Assembly (NCBI GenBank): GCA_965178125.1
Contig: OZ237745.1
Location: forward strand, 806,001 to 870,000
Source of the DNA: Bilabrum cf. latius
Lineage: Eukaryota
Direction of reading: 5' to 3'
Length of the DNA: 64,000 bases
Part shown: piece after piece, positions 1 to 13,431 of the stretch
Numbering within the stretch: the first letter of the stretch is position 1
Layout: each line of letters begins with the position of its first letter
Notes under the pieces: model-generated
What the model was told of the DNA's origin: nothing
Seen by the model: only the letters and a program-made list of their open reading frames with translations
Database searches by the model: none
Program-made: the position numbers and the translations under genes

Positions 1-271
1 AAGAAAGAGAACCAGTCCCGAGAACGGTCGAGCAATACGATTTCCGACCTAGAGGAGGAATCTCAACATCTCTGCTCCTAGCTAACCACGCATATATTTA
101 ATAAGATAAAATTGATAGATGCAGTCAGCAGTTTTACTCACGATTGGCCAAAGGGTGGCTCAAGAAGCAAGGACGCTGCGTTATTCAGACTGTCTCGCAC
201 AATCGCACGCAACCCAGCATAGCCCAGCGGATCGTGCGATTCTGGTGCTCCACAGACAAGCGCGGCCGGCA

Positions 272-3040
272 TCACAGGTGACGGGCCACCGCTGCGCGTC
301 GAAATTTGATGAGTGCTGCCCGGCGGGCCCCCATCATGGTGTCATCGAGCAAACGCAGCAGCCTGCCCACTGTTTGACGCTCTCCGGCAAATTGTCCCCG
401 CACCACGCAGCGGTACGGCCGCCTGGGCAGACGCCTGGATGTGGCAGAGGGCAGATCCGGGAGGGAGCAGGGGTTGTAGTCAGCTGGAATCTCCTCCTTG
501 ACCACTTCGTCTTTCCAATCCGCGCTCGCTAGTGCCGCCACAGCTACTTTGGGCAGGGTAGGCAGGCGCCCCCTCCAAGCAGGGGACATGGCACAGGCCA
601 GATGCAGCTCGAGAGCCGCCACCCAAGGCTGAGCCTCGGCCGCGCACGTTGGGAAATGAACGGCCTCAGCAAGGGGAACTGTGGTGCTGCAATCATCGTC
701 AGCATCATATGCACCTGCGCTTGTACCAGCACCAGTAAACGGGGCCTTGCGCTTGCCTTTCTTGCCCCGGCGGCGTCGCCTCTTGGTGCTCGTCTGGACA
801 CCTGCTGCACCAGTGGCCATGGCGCCCCTCCCGCCATGGAGCCGACCCAGTCGCAGCCTCATTGCCCCATGCAACTTGTTGAAGTCGACCTGCCTCCCTG
901 ATGCCCTGGCCCACATTCCGGGCAGGATTCCCGCGATTTCACCGACGAGAGACTTTGTGTCCGTGAACACCACGGCGGGAGGGCTAGGGATCCTCTTCAC
1001 GCTCACCCCGTTCGCAACAAAACACCACGCCGGCACTTCGATGAGGCCTACACAATCAAAATTTGGAAGCGAATTGATGCACATGGCAAGGAACCGCCCT
1101 CCCGCGGCGCTGGTGTATGGGCAGGGCGAACGGGCCGCCATCAGGGCGCCGGGGAGGAGGTACTCGGCCTCTGGGATCCACATTTTCTCGTCCGGGTCAA
1201 GCCTATTCGCCCATTCCCACTACGCGGCCGTGGATTCCTTCTCGCCGCTGAGCACGCGGTGCCTCCACACACGGACCTTGTAGAGCGCGTGTTTCTGTGC
1301 GCTCAGCAGCAGGCGCATTCCGCGGAAGAGACCATCCACGCTGCCCCGTTGCTGCTGCTGCCAGGTGCCTGCCGTCCCGTACCAAGTTGACACCCACTCG
1401 CAAGCGCCATCCGTCTCATCATTCAGTTGACTTTGGTCGTACTTGAAGTAGTCGGCCAGCACCCACTGCCTGGCCCTCTGGAAGCGGATCGCGGCTTGCA
1501 GCAGCTGGCCGAGCTGCTCGTCGATTTCAACGACTCCATCAGATGGAATCGGGAGGCGATTTTTGGATCGGAGGGACACTGTAGCCAGGGAGTGAAGGCC
1601 CATCGTGGCAGCATCCACCAGCTCCCCGATGCTTTGAATCGCTGGGAGAAGTGCCTCCTTGAGCTCTGGATTCGCCAGGCCGCTGCTCAAGTCGGCCCGC
1701 TCCTCTAGAAGCCTGCAGGCATCGTTGATTTGGCATCCCAACTTGCGAACGCACCGCATCCCGTACAATTCCAGGTGTTTAGCCAGCGGTTTAAGGCTCA
1801 AGCTCTGGGAGACGAGAACCTGCTCCAGCTGATTACGGGACTCCTTGGTGCCGCCCCCAAACATCTCTGGAGGGAAGTCAGCGCTCCACAACCAGTAAGC
1901 GCTTGCAGCGGACGCGCACAGGCGCAACCAGCGGTTAATACCGACGAGGCCCGGCCCAGGTCCAAAGCGAGCAACGTGGTCGTCCCTGTCGAGCAAGGGG
2001 ATGTGGCCCGCCTCCCTGGTGAAATTGGGAACGCTTCCGACCAGTAAACGGAGGGTGAGTTGCGCTGCTGTGCTTGATGTAGACTTTTTTGCTGCTTCCT
2101 CTTGAAGCGCGGCCGACGCCGCCGACACGATGGACCCCAGCACTTCCACGACTTTGGCTCTGTAAGCGAGCACGTGGTGCAGCTTCTCGCGGGGCTCCCT
2201 TCCCATCGCCATCATGTCGATGCCCCCCCATGCCTTGATGTGCTTGTGTCGAGAGAGAATTGGCCACACAGCGGTGTGGTACGGTCGGTACGGCAGCCGA
2301 CCAGAGGCAGCGCTGTGCGAGCCCTGGTCCACGGCGCAGCACACGTATTGCCCCTGTGAGCTTGGCACGTGGGTCCTCGGGTCAGCCCTCTCCCCGAAAG
2401 GGTGCCCGATGAGCATCCCTCCGAGATCTTTTGCCAGCAGTCCCTGCAACTCGCACGATTTCGCCCACTCCTCCACGTCGCCGGCCCGCATCTTGCTGAG
2501 CTTGCCCTCGCGTTGCGCGGTTTCCAGCCGGCCTTTGGCCTTTGAGAGCGCATCGATGCATCCCGACATCGTGGAATATTTGATGCAACGCTCGCCCATG
2601 CCGTGATCTTCAAGGTAATCTCGCTTACTTTGTGCATCGGAGTGCCCGAAGCTATCCATGGCCTGCCGAATTGCCCTGGTTGGCCCAACCGGGTCCTCAG
2701 CGATCGTCTCAAGGCTGACCATGATGCTCTTGGCCAGATCGGACTGTGCGAGCCCGCCAGATCTGCGCTGTGAGGAAAGAAAGCACGGTCAGAATGTTGG
2801 AGAGGCTGCCCGCTTAGAATACCTGGCATGTTGCTCTTCCTAGCAGCACCGCACCTCCGGCAGGTCATGCAGCGAACGCTTGCGTGGGCTCTTACACAGA
2901 TTGTGGCAGTGCTCCTGCCATGTTTCCCATGGCACTGAACCCTGGGTACGAACGTGTGTTTGTGGGCTGGGGAAACTGCGTGGTTGGATCCAGATCGAGA
3001 ATACCAGAATAATTTGTAAGGTGAGGATCCAACCGGACAT
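272..3040 (-). CDS. Hypothetical protein (~900 aa), possible N-terminal signal peptide; one short intron, 2 in-frame TAG
   Basis: ORFs 1220..2722 and 272..1183 are in the same frame, separated only by TAG (1220) and open sequence. Upstream exon 3040..~2824 (MSGWILTLQIILVFSIW...) joins via a GT..AG intron at ~2823-2762. Ends TGA at 272. No recognisable domain. Confidence 0.6.
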
Positions 3041-3116
3041 TTATAGCGTTATATTTACAAACTCGGATTTTCTTGCATGTTGGAAGGTACTCTGTTGCTG
3101 CTGTTCGCGTCGAATC

Positions 3117-3447
3117 ATGGCAGCACGAGGAATGGGACAACAAGGAAATGCTGAGATGCAGGCCATGTGAGCTTGGGCGAGTTGCAACTCACACCCGTTC
3201 ATATTGAAGTTGCACTTATTGCCAAGTGGTTTGTTTGCAGCCCACTGTCTCTTGCAGGGTTGCGTTGCAGGCTCAGCATCAGCTGTAGATGGTCATATTG
3301 AAGGCCTCTACATTCGCATTTGAGCGATGCACTACATCCAACACGACAGGCTCGCTCAGCAGCAAGGAGCAAACTTGCATTCGGGACAACGTCAACGCCT
3401 ACATGAGGACAAGATAGGCGCTTACCGGACAGGGACAAAACAATTGA
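3117..3447 (+). CDS. Small Tim (Tim8/9/10/13, zf-Tim10_DDP-like) mitochondrial IMS chaperone, 79 aa; absent from the ORF track
   Basis: Exon 3117-3166, intron 3167-3257 (GTGAGC..TTGCAG), exon 3258-3447. Translation MAARGMGQQGNAEMQAMVALQAQHQL[TAG]MVILKASTFAFERCTTSNTTGSLSSKEQTCIRDNVNAYMRTR[TAG]ALTGQGQNN-TGA matches the small Tim pattern 'C..xxLSSxEQxC...Y'. Confidence 0.7.
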
Positions 3448-3722
3448 TGCATTGATTTACATAGATTGTGAACAGAGACATTTGTGAAATTCAAGTCGAG
3501 CATGCCAATGATGGAGGATTGCACTTTCAATTGTCTCAAGGCGAATCGAGCATGCATGCCATCAGGCCACCACATTCAACTAATATAGATTAATTGTTGT
3601 TATTTGGCAACATCGTACAGGCCGTGGCCTCGCATTTGAGCTTGACTTGTTCTGCAGAAGCGGGTTCCGGTTTGAGTCGGTTCCCTGTTGTGCAACTCCC
3701 AAACTATCACAACTGGGAAGCC

Positions 3723-4787
3723 ATGCAGGCATCAAAGAAATCCGATAAGAAGCGGATGGCAGCAGCCATCGCAGAACAAGAGGACAGGCTGGCTGGATTT
3801 GGAAAGACAGAGGAAGGAAATGAGATGGAAAGCGGTGTGGCAACTGGTGTGGATGCGGACGACTACGCTGTCGGCTTGCAGCTCGACCCGGCCATGAGGA
3901 AAGCGTTGGCATCGGGATAGCACGTGAATGATGAGGAAGGGCTCCGGGAGGCCCTCGCATCGTTTGAGTAGAACGAACTGCCCTGGATCGAACGCCTTGA
4001 TGTGGTCTCGGCGAAACCTCTCGAAATTGAGGACGCCAGCGACGACTTGGCAAGGGAGCTCTTGTTTTATAACAGTGCACTAGCTGCTGTTCATGCCGCT
4101 CGGGGAGAGTTTGCCCGGCTCGGTGAGCCGTACTACCGGCCAGACGACTTTTTGGCTCAGATGCTCAAGTCGGACGACCACATGCGCAAGGTGCAGGCGA
4201 GGCTGGTCGGCGAGCAGCGCCGCATGGAGGCGGTCGAGCAGCGAAAGCGCGAAAAGGAAGCCAAGGAATTCGCAAAGCAGGCGCAGGCGGAGCGCTTGAA
4301 GGAGAAGGCAAGAGAGAGGAAGGACCAGGAGAAGGAGGTCGAGCAGTGGCGCAAGCGACGCAGGGGGCAGGGCGGGGCGGTAGGATCCGAGGACGCGGAC
4401 CGCGAGCTGGAGGACCTGCTGGAGAGGGGCCCAGGGCGGGCACAGGGCGCGGGCGCGGGCGCGGGGGCGGGACGTGGCCGGGGTCGGGGTCGGGGTGGTG
4501 CGCCCATGGCGGGAGCCAAGCGCAGGCGCAAAGACGACAAGTACGGGTTCGGTGGGGGCAAGAGGTACAGGAAGGAAAACGATTCCGGGTCCTTCGGGGA
4601 GGGAAGGTTTAGCGCCCGACAGAACAGACAGCTGCCGACTGGCGTGCGCGGCCGGGGGCGGGGTCGGGGTCGGGGTGGCGGCGGGGGCAGGGGCAGGGGC
4701 CGCGGGCGTGGTGGGGCGGGTGGGTCTAGGCCAGGCAAGGCGGCGCGTGAGGCGTCGTTTGCCCGGCGTAAGGCAGGCCGCGGGTGA
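3723..4787 (+). CDS. EBP2: rRNA-processing protein EBP2
   Basis: LPWIERLDV, DDLARELLFY, PYYRPDDFLAQMLKSDDHMRKV, KRRRKDDKYGFGG and the C-terminal RPGK motif. Two in-frame TAG (3918, ~3969) link the 3594..3920 and 4002..4787 ORFs. Start codon provisional; ends TGA. Confidence 0.92.
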
Positions 4788-4947
4788 ATGTTGATCCGAT
4801 AATTGCACATTAATTCGATCGTATTAATTGAAGAGCCGGCGCGGTTTAAATGGCTGGCACACGTAACATGCAATGAGGGCAAAGCACCTCCATAGAGGAC
4901 ATACGGTCGTGTCATCCCCTAGGGACGCCGCGTGTCCGTGTCTCGAC

Positions 4948-6922
4948 TCAGAAGGACTTGTGCAAGCGAACCATGACCACACCGCCGTCTGCCTCCACGC
5001 TCCTGGCTGCAAGGCCCTGCGACAGCTGCACCGTGCCGTTGTCGGTTCGCTGAATGACGTCACGAATCGTGGCGTTGGTCGAGGCGTCCCAACCTGTTGC
5101 CTCCTGCATGCACATGGAGTCGCATGATATGTCCGTTGAGTTCGGCCCAACGTTGAGGTAGGTCAGCACCACACTGCCGTCGGACATCAGCTTCGACCAG
5201 ACGTTTGTGCTGCCCTGTGGCGGGGGTACGCCGAGGCACAGGTCGGTGCTGGCCCGGGGCCGCACGGACCCGTCGGTTCCCACCGTCCACGTGTCGTACA
5301 CGGCCGTGCCGGCAGCTTGGTCGCAAGATGACGTGACGATGTCAAACTCCGTGGGACCACCGGCCTGTTCCGCCACGAGGCACTGCCCGTTGTACGCAGA
5401 TACGATCCGCCCCGAGGCGCTGTCGTAGCTGAACTGCAAATTGGTGTAGTTTCCGCTGCCGGCGCAGGTGGAACCGGTGTCAACGCACTCGTAACCAATC
5501 ACCTGCTGGCTGCAGTCGTCTAGGTTGAGGCACTTCTGGGTCGCCTGGTTCTGGATGTACCCGCTGGGCAGGCCCTTCGGGTTAAGGTGCCACGTCTGCT
5601 GGGAGGGCACTGCGCCGGTGATACCCGCACTGACAAGGGTGCTGTCGGATGGTGACCCGCACGGGGACAGGGTCAGCTGCACCACGTCACCAGAGGAGGG
5701 CTGCAGGTCGCCGCCTGCGATTCTCTCCCCTTGCCTCACCAGCGGGTCCTGGTTCACCGCGATCACCTCGGGGTTGGAGTAGGTCGCGAAGCGGTAGTCG
5801 CTTAGGTTGACCACGTTCTGGGACAAGATCAATGGGGAGGCCATGGTGGCCCACATGGCGAACTGGGCGCGGGACTAGAGGTTTGTAACGTGTTGCTTGC
5901 CGGATATGTCCTCGCCCAGCAGCAGACACGGATCGTTGTATGCCCCAGGGCCCGCGAATCGTCCAAGCCTGCTGTTGATGTCAATGTTTGTGAGCACGCC
6001 GTGCCAGTTGATGTCATCAGGCCCAATCCGCCAGCTCTGCGCCCCGATGGCACGACCCACGGCAGCGTACTGGGCATGCCACCCGCAGAGGTTGAAGAAC
6101 ACGTCATCGCCCCGCGTTGTGTTCCTCAGTGCCTCCGCGAACAGGTGGTACTGCTGCATGCCTACGTCCACAGAGGACGGGGCGTTGCACGAGTCGCTCT
6201 TGATGTAGTCGAACTCCATCACGTCTGCGAACTGGGTGGCATCGATGACTTCGTGGCCCTCTGCGCCGGGGCGGCCTCCGCACGTCTTGGTGCCACGGCA
6301 CGTGTCTGCGGGGGAAGCTTAACGCGGCATAGAATGGCACGCGTGGCTGTCTGGCCGACTGACATACAACCCAACACGACCTCATCTTGAATTCCAGGAC
6401 GCTAGTTTGTAACTTACATATACCACTTTTGAAGCCCATTGCGTGAAGCTTGTCGTTCATGGCTTTTACGCCCCCCGGGAACTTAGACTCGTCTGCAATT
6501 AAGGTCCCATTGGATAGGCGCTGCACGAACACGCCATCATCGAGAGACACGGTGTCATAGCCAACCTGTGCGATCATAGGACGGTTAATTCAAGCGTAGC
6601 TTGTACGCAAGATGGTATTGGGCTTCGAGGCTACGGGACAAAATTGCGCGCCCCTCTCACGTCCTTTAACCCGGACTTGAGGAAGAACTCCGCAACTTCC
6701 AGCTGCTGTTGTGCCGTTGGGTTCATCGTTGCATAATACCAACTATTGTACGCTGCGTGGAGCAATCGAAAAAAGTGACTGGCCTGGCGAGTTCCAAAGA
6801 GGGGCGGCCGTGCAACTAGAGCTGAAAGCGATCCAGGATCCACGGAACGTACCCATCGGCGGAGTCCGAAAGTTTGAGGCCGCGTGCCCCATCGAAACAA
6901 AGGACAGCAGGGAAACCAGCAT
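4948..6922 (-). CDS. Secreted alpha-galactosidase (GH27) with an inserted ricin-B lectin domain; 3 introns
   Basis: Signal peptide, then TPPM.YNSW, SLDDG, ADESKFPGG, FDYIKSDSC, SWRIGPD, GPGAYNDP, [TAG]SRAQFAMWA, NPEVIAVNQDPL. CL/QxW repeats at ~5200-5650. Introns at ~6852-6753, ~6660-6569 and ~6417-6306 (approximate). Confidence 0.88.
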
Positions 6923-7160
6923 GGCGAACTGGCTCGTCGGGTCGAGCTCCACCAACTATGCAGGGCAAGTAAATTGCTGTGCCAGCGAGCTTCATGGAAC
7001 CTTCCACTGGCACTGCGGCGAAAGATGCGACCCACGAAGAGTAACCTGGCGCATTGAATTGAAACTAGTTATATGCTAGCAAGTCAGTTGGCCCCAAGAG
7101 CCGAACGGCGTCACTGGACCACTGCACGAGCCGAGCGCACACCAGCCGACCATGCCTCGC

Positions 7161-8804
7161 TCAGTATCCACCCCCCGCACCGCCCCTCCCGCTGCCGCCC
7201 CCGACAGCCTCTGCGCCGTACCCGGCCCCCATTCCCGCAGCCTCCCCCCCGTCCCCACCCCTCGATGGGGACATCCCCTCCATCCCCTCGAAGGAGGGGG
7301 GACCCGACGGCGCCCGGGGCGCTGATCCGATCCTGCCGGCCCCAGCCCGGTCAGAAGAGCCATGGCCGCCGCCAGCCTGAGACTTGCTGCCGGCTCCCGC
7401 CCTGCTCCCCGGTGTGCCCAACCCCCCGCCAGCGGTTCCGCTACCGGCGCCGCGCGACGACGCCTTCTGGGCCGCCGACGAGTAGAGTGGATCCCGGGCC
7501 CGGATGGGCCGCGCTCGTGCCGCTAGCGCTGTCCTAACCTCGGTCTTCTTCTTGGAAAGTTCGACCGCTTGCTTCTGCTCCAGCACCGCCATCACGTTGC
7601 GGTTTCGCTGGAGCAGGCGCTTGCTGTCTTGCTCGAGCTGCTTGAGGTGCTCCCTTCTGCGCCCCTCGATGCGCTTGAGGAGCGCGGCAAGCTCGTTCTG
7701 CTGCTGCTACCTGAATTTTGCTTCCTTCTGCCTGAAGTACCCGAGCCTGCCCTCGTCCATCTTGCCGCGCTCTCGCTGCTCCAGCTGGTCGGCGATTTTC
7801 TTGATTTTCATCGCCTCGCCGTACTTTTTCTGCTTTGCGAGCATGTGCTCGCGCTTGCGCCACTCCAGCAACTCTCTGGAAAACTTTGGCGGCTTCTTCT
7901 TGAGCTCTTCGTTCAGTTCCTGCTGGTAGTCCCGGAGCGCCTGCTCGTGCTTGACGGTCATTTTCTAAATGTAGCTTCGCGCCATTTTGTCGTAGCCAGC
8001 AAGGTACTCGTCCCACTTCGCATTGAATTCCGCAAACTGCATGTTGTGTGCAATCTGCACGTCCTGCTTCTCGGCTTCATGGCGCGCCTTCAAGGCACGA
8101 AGCTACCGCTTCTCCTCCTGCTTTCGCAGCATGTCCAACTATTTCGTTGCTCGCTCCGCCTCCAAGTAGTTGCCTTCGGCCTCGCACTTCAGACGATACT
8201 CATCTAAAATCCGCAAGAATTCCATAACTTTGGGGTCGGGACCTTCATCAGGAAGTCCACCAGCGTACGAGTGGATCAACGAAACGAACTGCTCGAAGGT
8301 GATCGTGCCAACCCGATCTGGATCTATGTCCTGGAGCATATCAGCAGCTGCGATGCGTGATTCATGGAGGGATCTAGATCCAACCCGAGTGCAGCGGAAA
8401 GTGGGCCATTGTCACGATTGCAGTGAAATACGACAACATGACGGTTTCATCGCAATGCATGCTCGGCCACCGACAGAAACATCCCATCGAACTCACCGGC
8501 GGCTGGATCCTATCCAAGTTTTTCAAGTGCTGCCTCGAGGTCTCTACTCGCCATTCTGGCTGTCCCGTCAACATCGAACTGTCGGAAGACCGTGCGAAGC
8601 ATCTCGAGGTCAGCATCGCTGATGGCTGGGGCCGAGCTGCCCCTATCCTGCAAGAAAGCACGGCAAAAGGATACAGGAAGAACCCAACAATATGATTGTC
8701 GGCAGAGAAATCTTTCCAAACAGACCTTTGGCGGAGACGCAGATCGTGCTGGTGCACGCCTTGGCAAAACTTACATGTGATGCAGCTCCTCCTGCTGCGG
8801 CCAT
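7161..8804 (-). CDS. EF-hand (calmodulin/centrin-like N-terminus) plus long coiled-coil protein; 2 introns, 5 in-frame TAG
   Basis: ATG 8804, intron GTAAGT..TTGCAG, then FRQFDVDGTARM...EKLG[TAG]DP, intron, DIDPDRVGTITFEQF. A continuous coiled coil follows, read through TAG at 8139, ~8103, ~7964 and 7707. Ends TGA at 7161. Confidence 0.8.
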
Positions 8805-9042
8805 CGTGTGATTAAATGTACGAAATAAATGCCAAGCGTGTAATTACCGGCAATCAGGCGTTGACTTGTTGAGCAGAGCTCTTTGTTCACGAGTACCGTT
8901 GAGAGGGGTTGCAACCAGTTCATGAAAACCAGAAAAAGCACGTTTCAGTCAGGTCGAGAACGGGCACTGTTTGGGCCACAACAATCGATCTTCCAGAGGG
9001 TAGTTCGGTTGCTGCACGCTAATATTGCTGAATTCAGTCAAA

Positions 9043-12000
9043 ATGGCTGCGTCAGGAGCATCTATGCCTATTAAGGTCCAAATCGGGGACGCAGCGTACC
9101 GAGTGCGCGTCGGCGGCTTTTCTGAACTCTTGCATGCAGTCCAGGGGTTTGCAGGAGTAGAGAGCCCCAAAATGCAGTACCAGGACTAGGACTCGGATCT
9201 CATCAATCTGTCCAGTGATCAGGAATTCGCAGAAGCTCTGAATGTTGTGGAGGAAAGCAGCATGTCCTGCTTGAAGGGTGAGACGTAGTCGTTTGTTTGA
9301 CTGCATGCCTTTTGGCGCGTTTGTAATCGCGATGGGGCAACATTTTTGATGAAAGTGTCCCAAATGAAAATTGTAGGCGTTGTGCAATTCATTTTTGTGC
9401 CTGGAAAGCTATCGTTGGTGGCTGTGACGGGTTGGACACGGGCTCTTTGTCAGGAAATTCCCGTTCCGGTTGTGCAAGATTTGCGCTTCTGTCTGTTCTG
9501 AAGGCCTACCTCTTATGAAGTGGCACACATTTATTGCTTGTGTTGCGTGCTTGCTTATTTGGGTCGCAAGCGGCCGCTGGACTAACTTGCTTTGTTGTGT
9601 CTACCCGCTTGATAGTGTTGCTCCTTTCTCCGTGTTCCGCAGTGGTCGTCAGCATCGATTCGAAGAAGAAGAAGGGCAAGCATGCATCGTCTAAGGCCAA
9701 AGCCACTGCGGATGCATTCGTACGCCGCACGATCGGGTCGATCCAGCAGGCGATCGACCGGGCGGTCGAGGACTACCGCATCACCACCGGTGGACAGGAC
9801 GTGCCTACCGCCACAATGGCGCGCGCAACCTCAGTCCTGGATTCCTGCCGACGCAAGGCAGAGAAGCTGGCGGAGAAGCTAGGGGGATCGCCCAAGCACC
9901 AGCTGCGCAACGCGTTTGCTCGTCTCTAGCAGCGGGGCGCCAGCAAGGCCGCCGCCCCTGTTCAGAAGGCAGAGTCCAAGTTCGTCAGCGACCTCGTCGA
10001 CTCTTCCGATTCGGATTCCGACCGCGATGCAGATGCAGGCAAGGCAGAGGCCGTGGATGCTGCCGCCGCAGGTGACGGCGCGTCGGCCGAAGCAGATGCG
10101 CAGCCAGAGCCGGAGGATCCCGGGGCTGCCTCCGGTGCCGCCGCCGCGTCGGACGAGACGCCAGCGTCAGCGTCAGCGTCAACCTCTGCACCGGGCCACG
10201 GCTCCATCCATCGCCTACTGAAGGGCGACCTGATCCGCCTCGTCATGACCGCGCTGCCGTCCATGGCCAACCCGATGCTGCACGCCGGACTCAAGGCCAT
10301 CGTGCGGGACCCGATGAACGCCCCGCTCATCGAGGAGCTCAAGAAGGCCGCGGAGAACAACAGCCTGGACATGCAGACCGCAGTGGAGATGGTCCGCAGC
10401 AGCGGGCGCATCCTTCCCGGCGTGCGCACGTTCGCCAAGATCGCACCCGACGTCTGCACTGCACTGCTGCCCACGCTCATCGAGCTGCTGACCCGCCTCG
10501 GTTTCGACAAAGACGAGGTCATCGCTGCCCACATGCAGGGCAGCATGGATGGGCAGGCGCCCGACGCCAAGAAGGAGAGAGAGGAGCTGTGCGAGGAGGA
10601 CGCTGCACCTGCCGAGGACCCTGTCCTGGGCTTCCTGCTCGACAGGCTGCCCCCCTTTGTCAAGATGGCGTTCCTGGGCGGCGGGCGAGGGCGCCGCGGC
10701 TGCGGCGGAGGCCGCAGGCACCACGGCGGCGCGGGAGGCGGCCGTGGAAGAGGCCGCGGTCGCGGTCGGCGCTTCGGACACGGCGGCGGCTGCGGCTGGC
10801 GCCGGTGCCGCGGCAAGGGCGACAAGGGCGCTCAGGTCGACTGCGAGGACCCTCGCTTCGAGCTCGCGATGAAGGCCCTTTTCGGCGGAGACGCCGAAGA
10901 CGAGACAGAACTCGTGCAGGAGGGTGATGATGACGCGACTGCGACCGCTGCTGCTGCCGCGCCTAGCGGCGTGGAGTCGGCGGCGAGCGGCGCGGGCTCT
11001 GGAGGTGACGAGCTCCCTGTCGGCGATGCTGCAGCAGAGGCTGCAGCTGAGGCCCAGGGAACCGGTGCCGACGAGTCCGTGGTGGCTGCGCTGATGATGC
11101 GGATGGGCCTTCCCCTGCGCGCTACGCAGGTCCGCCACCGCGGGGTCGTGTGCGACGGCTGCGGCATGGCTCCGATCATCGGCCCGCGCTTCAAGAGCGC
11201 CACCAAGAAGAACTACGACCTCTGCGCTATCTGCGAGAGGAAGGAAGCCGCCAAGAGGGGAGACGTGTACCTCAAGATCAACCACCCGGGCCAGGCGCCC
11301 GCAGGCATCAGCGTGATGCTGCGCGACGAAGCCGAGCAGGTCGGCGATGAGGCCAAGAAGGCTGGCCGCGGCGCGTGGCGCAAGCACGGCTGTGGCGCCA
11401 GTGGTCATAAGCACGGTCATGGTCACGGCCACGGTCGTCACTGGGGCGGACGCCGCCATTGCGGTGGCGGCGGCGGCGGACACTGGCGCAAGTGCGGCGG
11501 CTTGATGCGGGAGATGTTCGCCGCCATGTGCCGCAACGGCGGCATGCCAGGTCAGGAGGGCGACAAGCACGTCTACTTCGGCCCCGATGCGCGGCAGCAG
11601 GAAGAGGAGAGCGCCAGCGGAGCTGCTGCTCCCGAGCCCCAGGCCTCGGCCCCTCCTGCCTACGAGCAGGCGCAGGCAGACAAACAAGCCGAGGAGTCTG
11701 CCAGCCCCGAGGAGATCGAGATGCAGAAGGCCATCCAGGCCTCTCTTGACGCTGATGACGCCGCACGCCGCGCCAAGAAGGCGGTCGAGTCTCAGAACCT
11801 GGTTGGCACCGCTGCCGCTGTGGCTGGGGCGGTCCACGTCGCCCTTGAAGAGCAGAAGCAGAGCGCTGCCGACCGGGAGATGCCCATGATCTCGCTGCAG
11901 CCTGCAGTCGAGGCCAAGACGGAGGAGCAGGTGACGCAGGCCACCGAGGATGCCGCCGATGCCGCCGCCAGCGGTGCTGGCGCTTCTGAGAGCAAGGAGG

Positions 12001-13004
12001 CCGAGGCCGAGGCATAGCAGCAGGCGCCTGCCTCCGTGCCCATGGTGCCGCTGGCTGTCACCGGCGCGCCCGCAGCTGCCACTGCCGCTGCCGCTATGGT
12101 GATGGGCACGCCGGCCGTGGACACCAGGCCTCAGGCACGCTTCGTGTCTCAGACTACCCTCTCGCACGACCTGGAGGCCATCTACCCGGGCGTTTCAATC
12201 GTGAAGGCCTGGCGCGTGGAGAACAACGGCTCTGTCAGCTGGCCTGCCGGGTGCCGCGTGGTGAGCGTGCAGGGCGAGTCCATGGGCACGCCAGCGGAGG
12301 GCATCGTCGTGAACAGGGAGGAGGTCAGGCCCGGCAAGCAGCACGATGTCTGCCTGCGACTCACCGCGCCCCAGGAGCCCGGAAGGCACCAGGGCTACTG
12401 GCGCCTGATGACCGCCACGGGCACTCCTTTCGGACACCGTCTATGGGTGGACATCACCGTGGAGAACTCGAACCTGAGCAGCGTGATGTCTTCCATCAAG
12501 GAGAGCATCGGGCAGACTGCCGCACGCCAGCAGGAGCACGATGAGGCCGCGGAGCAGGCCCAGAAGGCCGTCGAAGAGCGCCTCGCTGCAGACAAGGCCG
12601 CTGCTGAGCAGGCAGTTGCCGCAGCTGCACAGGCCGAGGCAGACGCAGAGGCTGCCAAGCGGGCAGAGGAGACCGAGTCCGAGTCTGCTCCCGCCGCCCA
12701 GGAAGGAGGCAGTGCCGCCACTGGAGGCGCAGCGGCTGAGGAGTCAGCAGCTGATGCTGGTGCTGACGCTGATGCTGCCGCACAGACAGCCGCACAAGCG
12801 GAGGTAGATGCTGCCTTCGCCGCGCTGCAGGAGGCCACGGCCGTCCCGTCGATTGAGCTGGATGACCCAAGCTACGAGAGGTACAGGGAGCAGCTCGAGG
12901 CTCTCCACGGGATGGGCCTCAGGAACCAGCCGCTGCTGGTGCACCACCTGGACGCGCAGAAGGGTGACGTGCAGCGAGTGGTGCAGGCGCTGTGGGGCAA
13001 CTGA
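9043..13004 (+). CDS. NBR1: NBR1-like selective autophagy receptor (PB1 - ZZ - UIM - FW/NBR1 - UBA)
   Basis: Exon 1 (9043-9277) encodes PB1 (IKVQIGD...YQD[TAG]DSDLINLSSDQEFAEAL); intron 9278-9642. ZZ finger HRGVVCDGCGMAPIIGPRFKS...YDLCAIC; UIM-like EEIEMQKAIQASL; FW domain KAWRVENNGSVSWP...GYWRL...FGHRLWVDI; C-terminal UBA LEALHGMGL. TAG at 9187, 9927, 12015; ends TGA. Confidence 0.9.
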
Positions 13005-13431
13005 GGATTGATGGCCTCTTCATGGCGGGCAGCTCGATGCTGTCGATTGGTGGCGTGACGGCGGTGATGCCGTTGGGGTGTGCTCCTCAAGTCGTTGCGG
13101 TGGGCGATGGCAAGGGGTCTGAAGTTCGATTCGAAATTGGGATTGCAGTACGTTTGGTGACGGAGATGTCGCTGGTGCTCAGGTGACCATCGCGCTTGGC
13201 GCGAGCGGTTACCTTTGGAGCGTGTAGCCAGCGGCAGCTTGCACTCCATCCGGCCTGCGGCGGCGCGTCCAGTTTTGGTGCGCTGCTGAAATACAAGATA
13301 CAAAATATCAACAAATAATTCGGTTTCTCCGACCTCAACTCAGCCACAACCACGGAATGCAGTGCATCGCTTGTGGCATTCGGAATGTGGATCGGATTCG
13401 ATGCAACACCATCGACTCGACATACTATCGA

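Noticed and set aside
10215-12167. Long antisense ORFs (also 57194..58873, 60274..61950, 62658..63914, 46713..47954)
   Set aside because: These are shadow frames of GC-rich coding sequence on the opposite strand, with no domain motifs.
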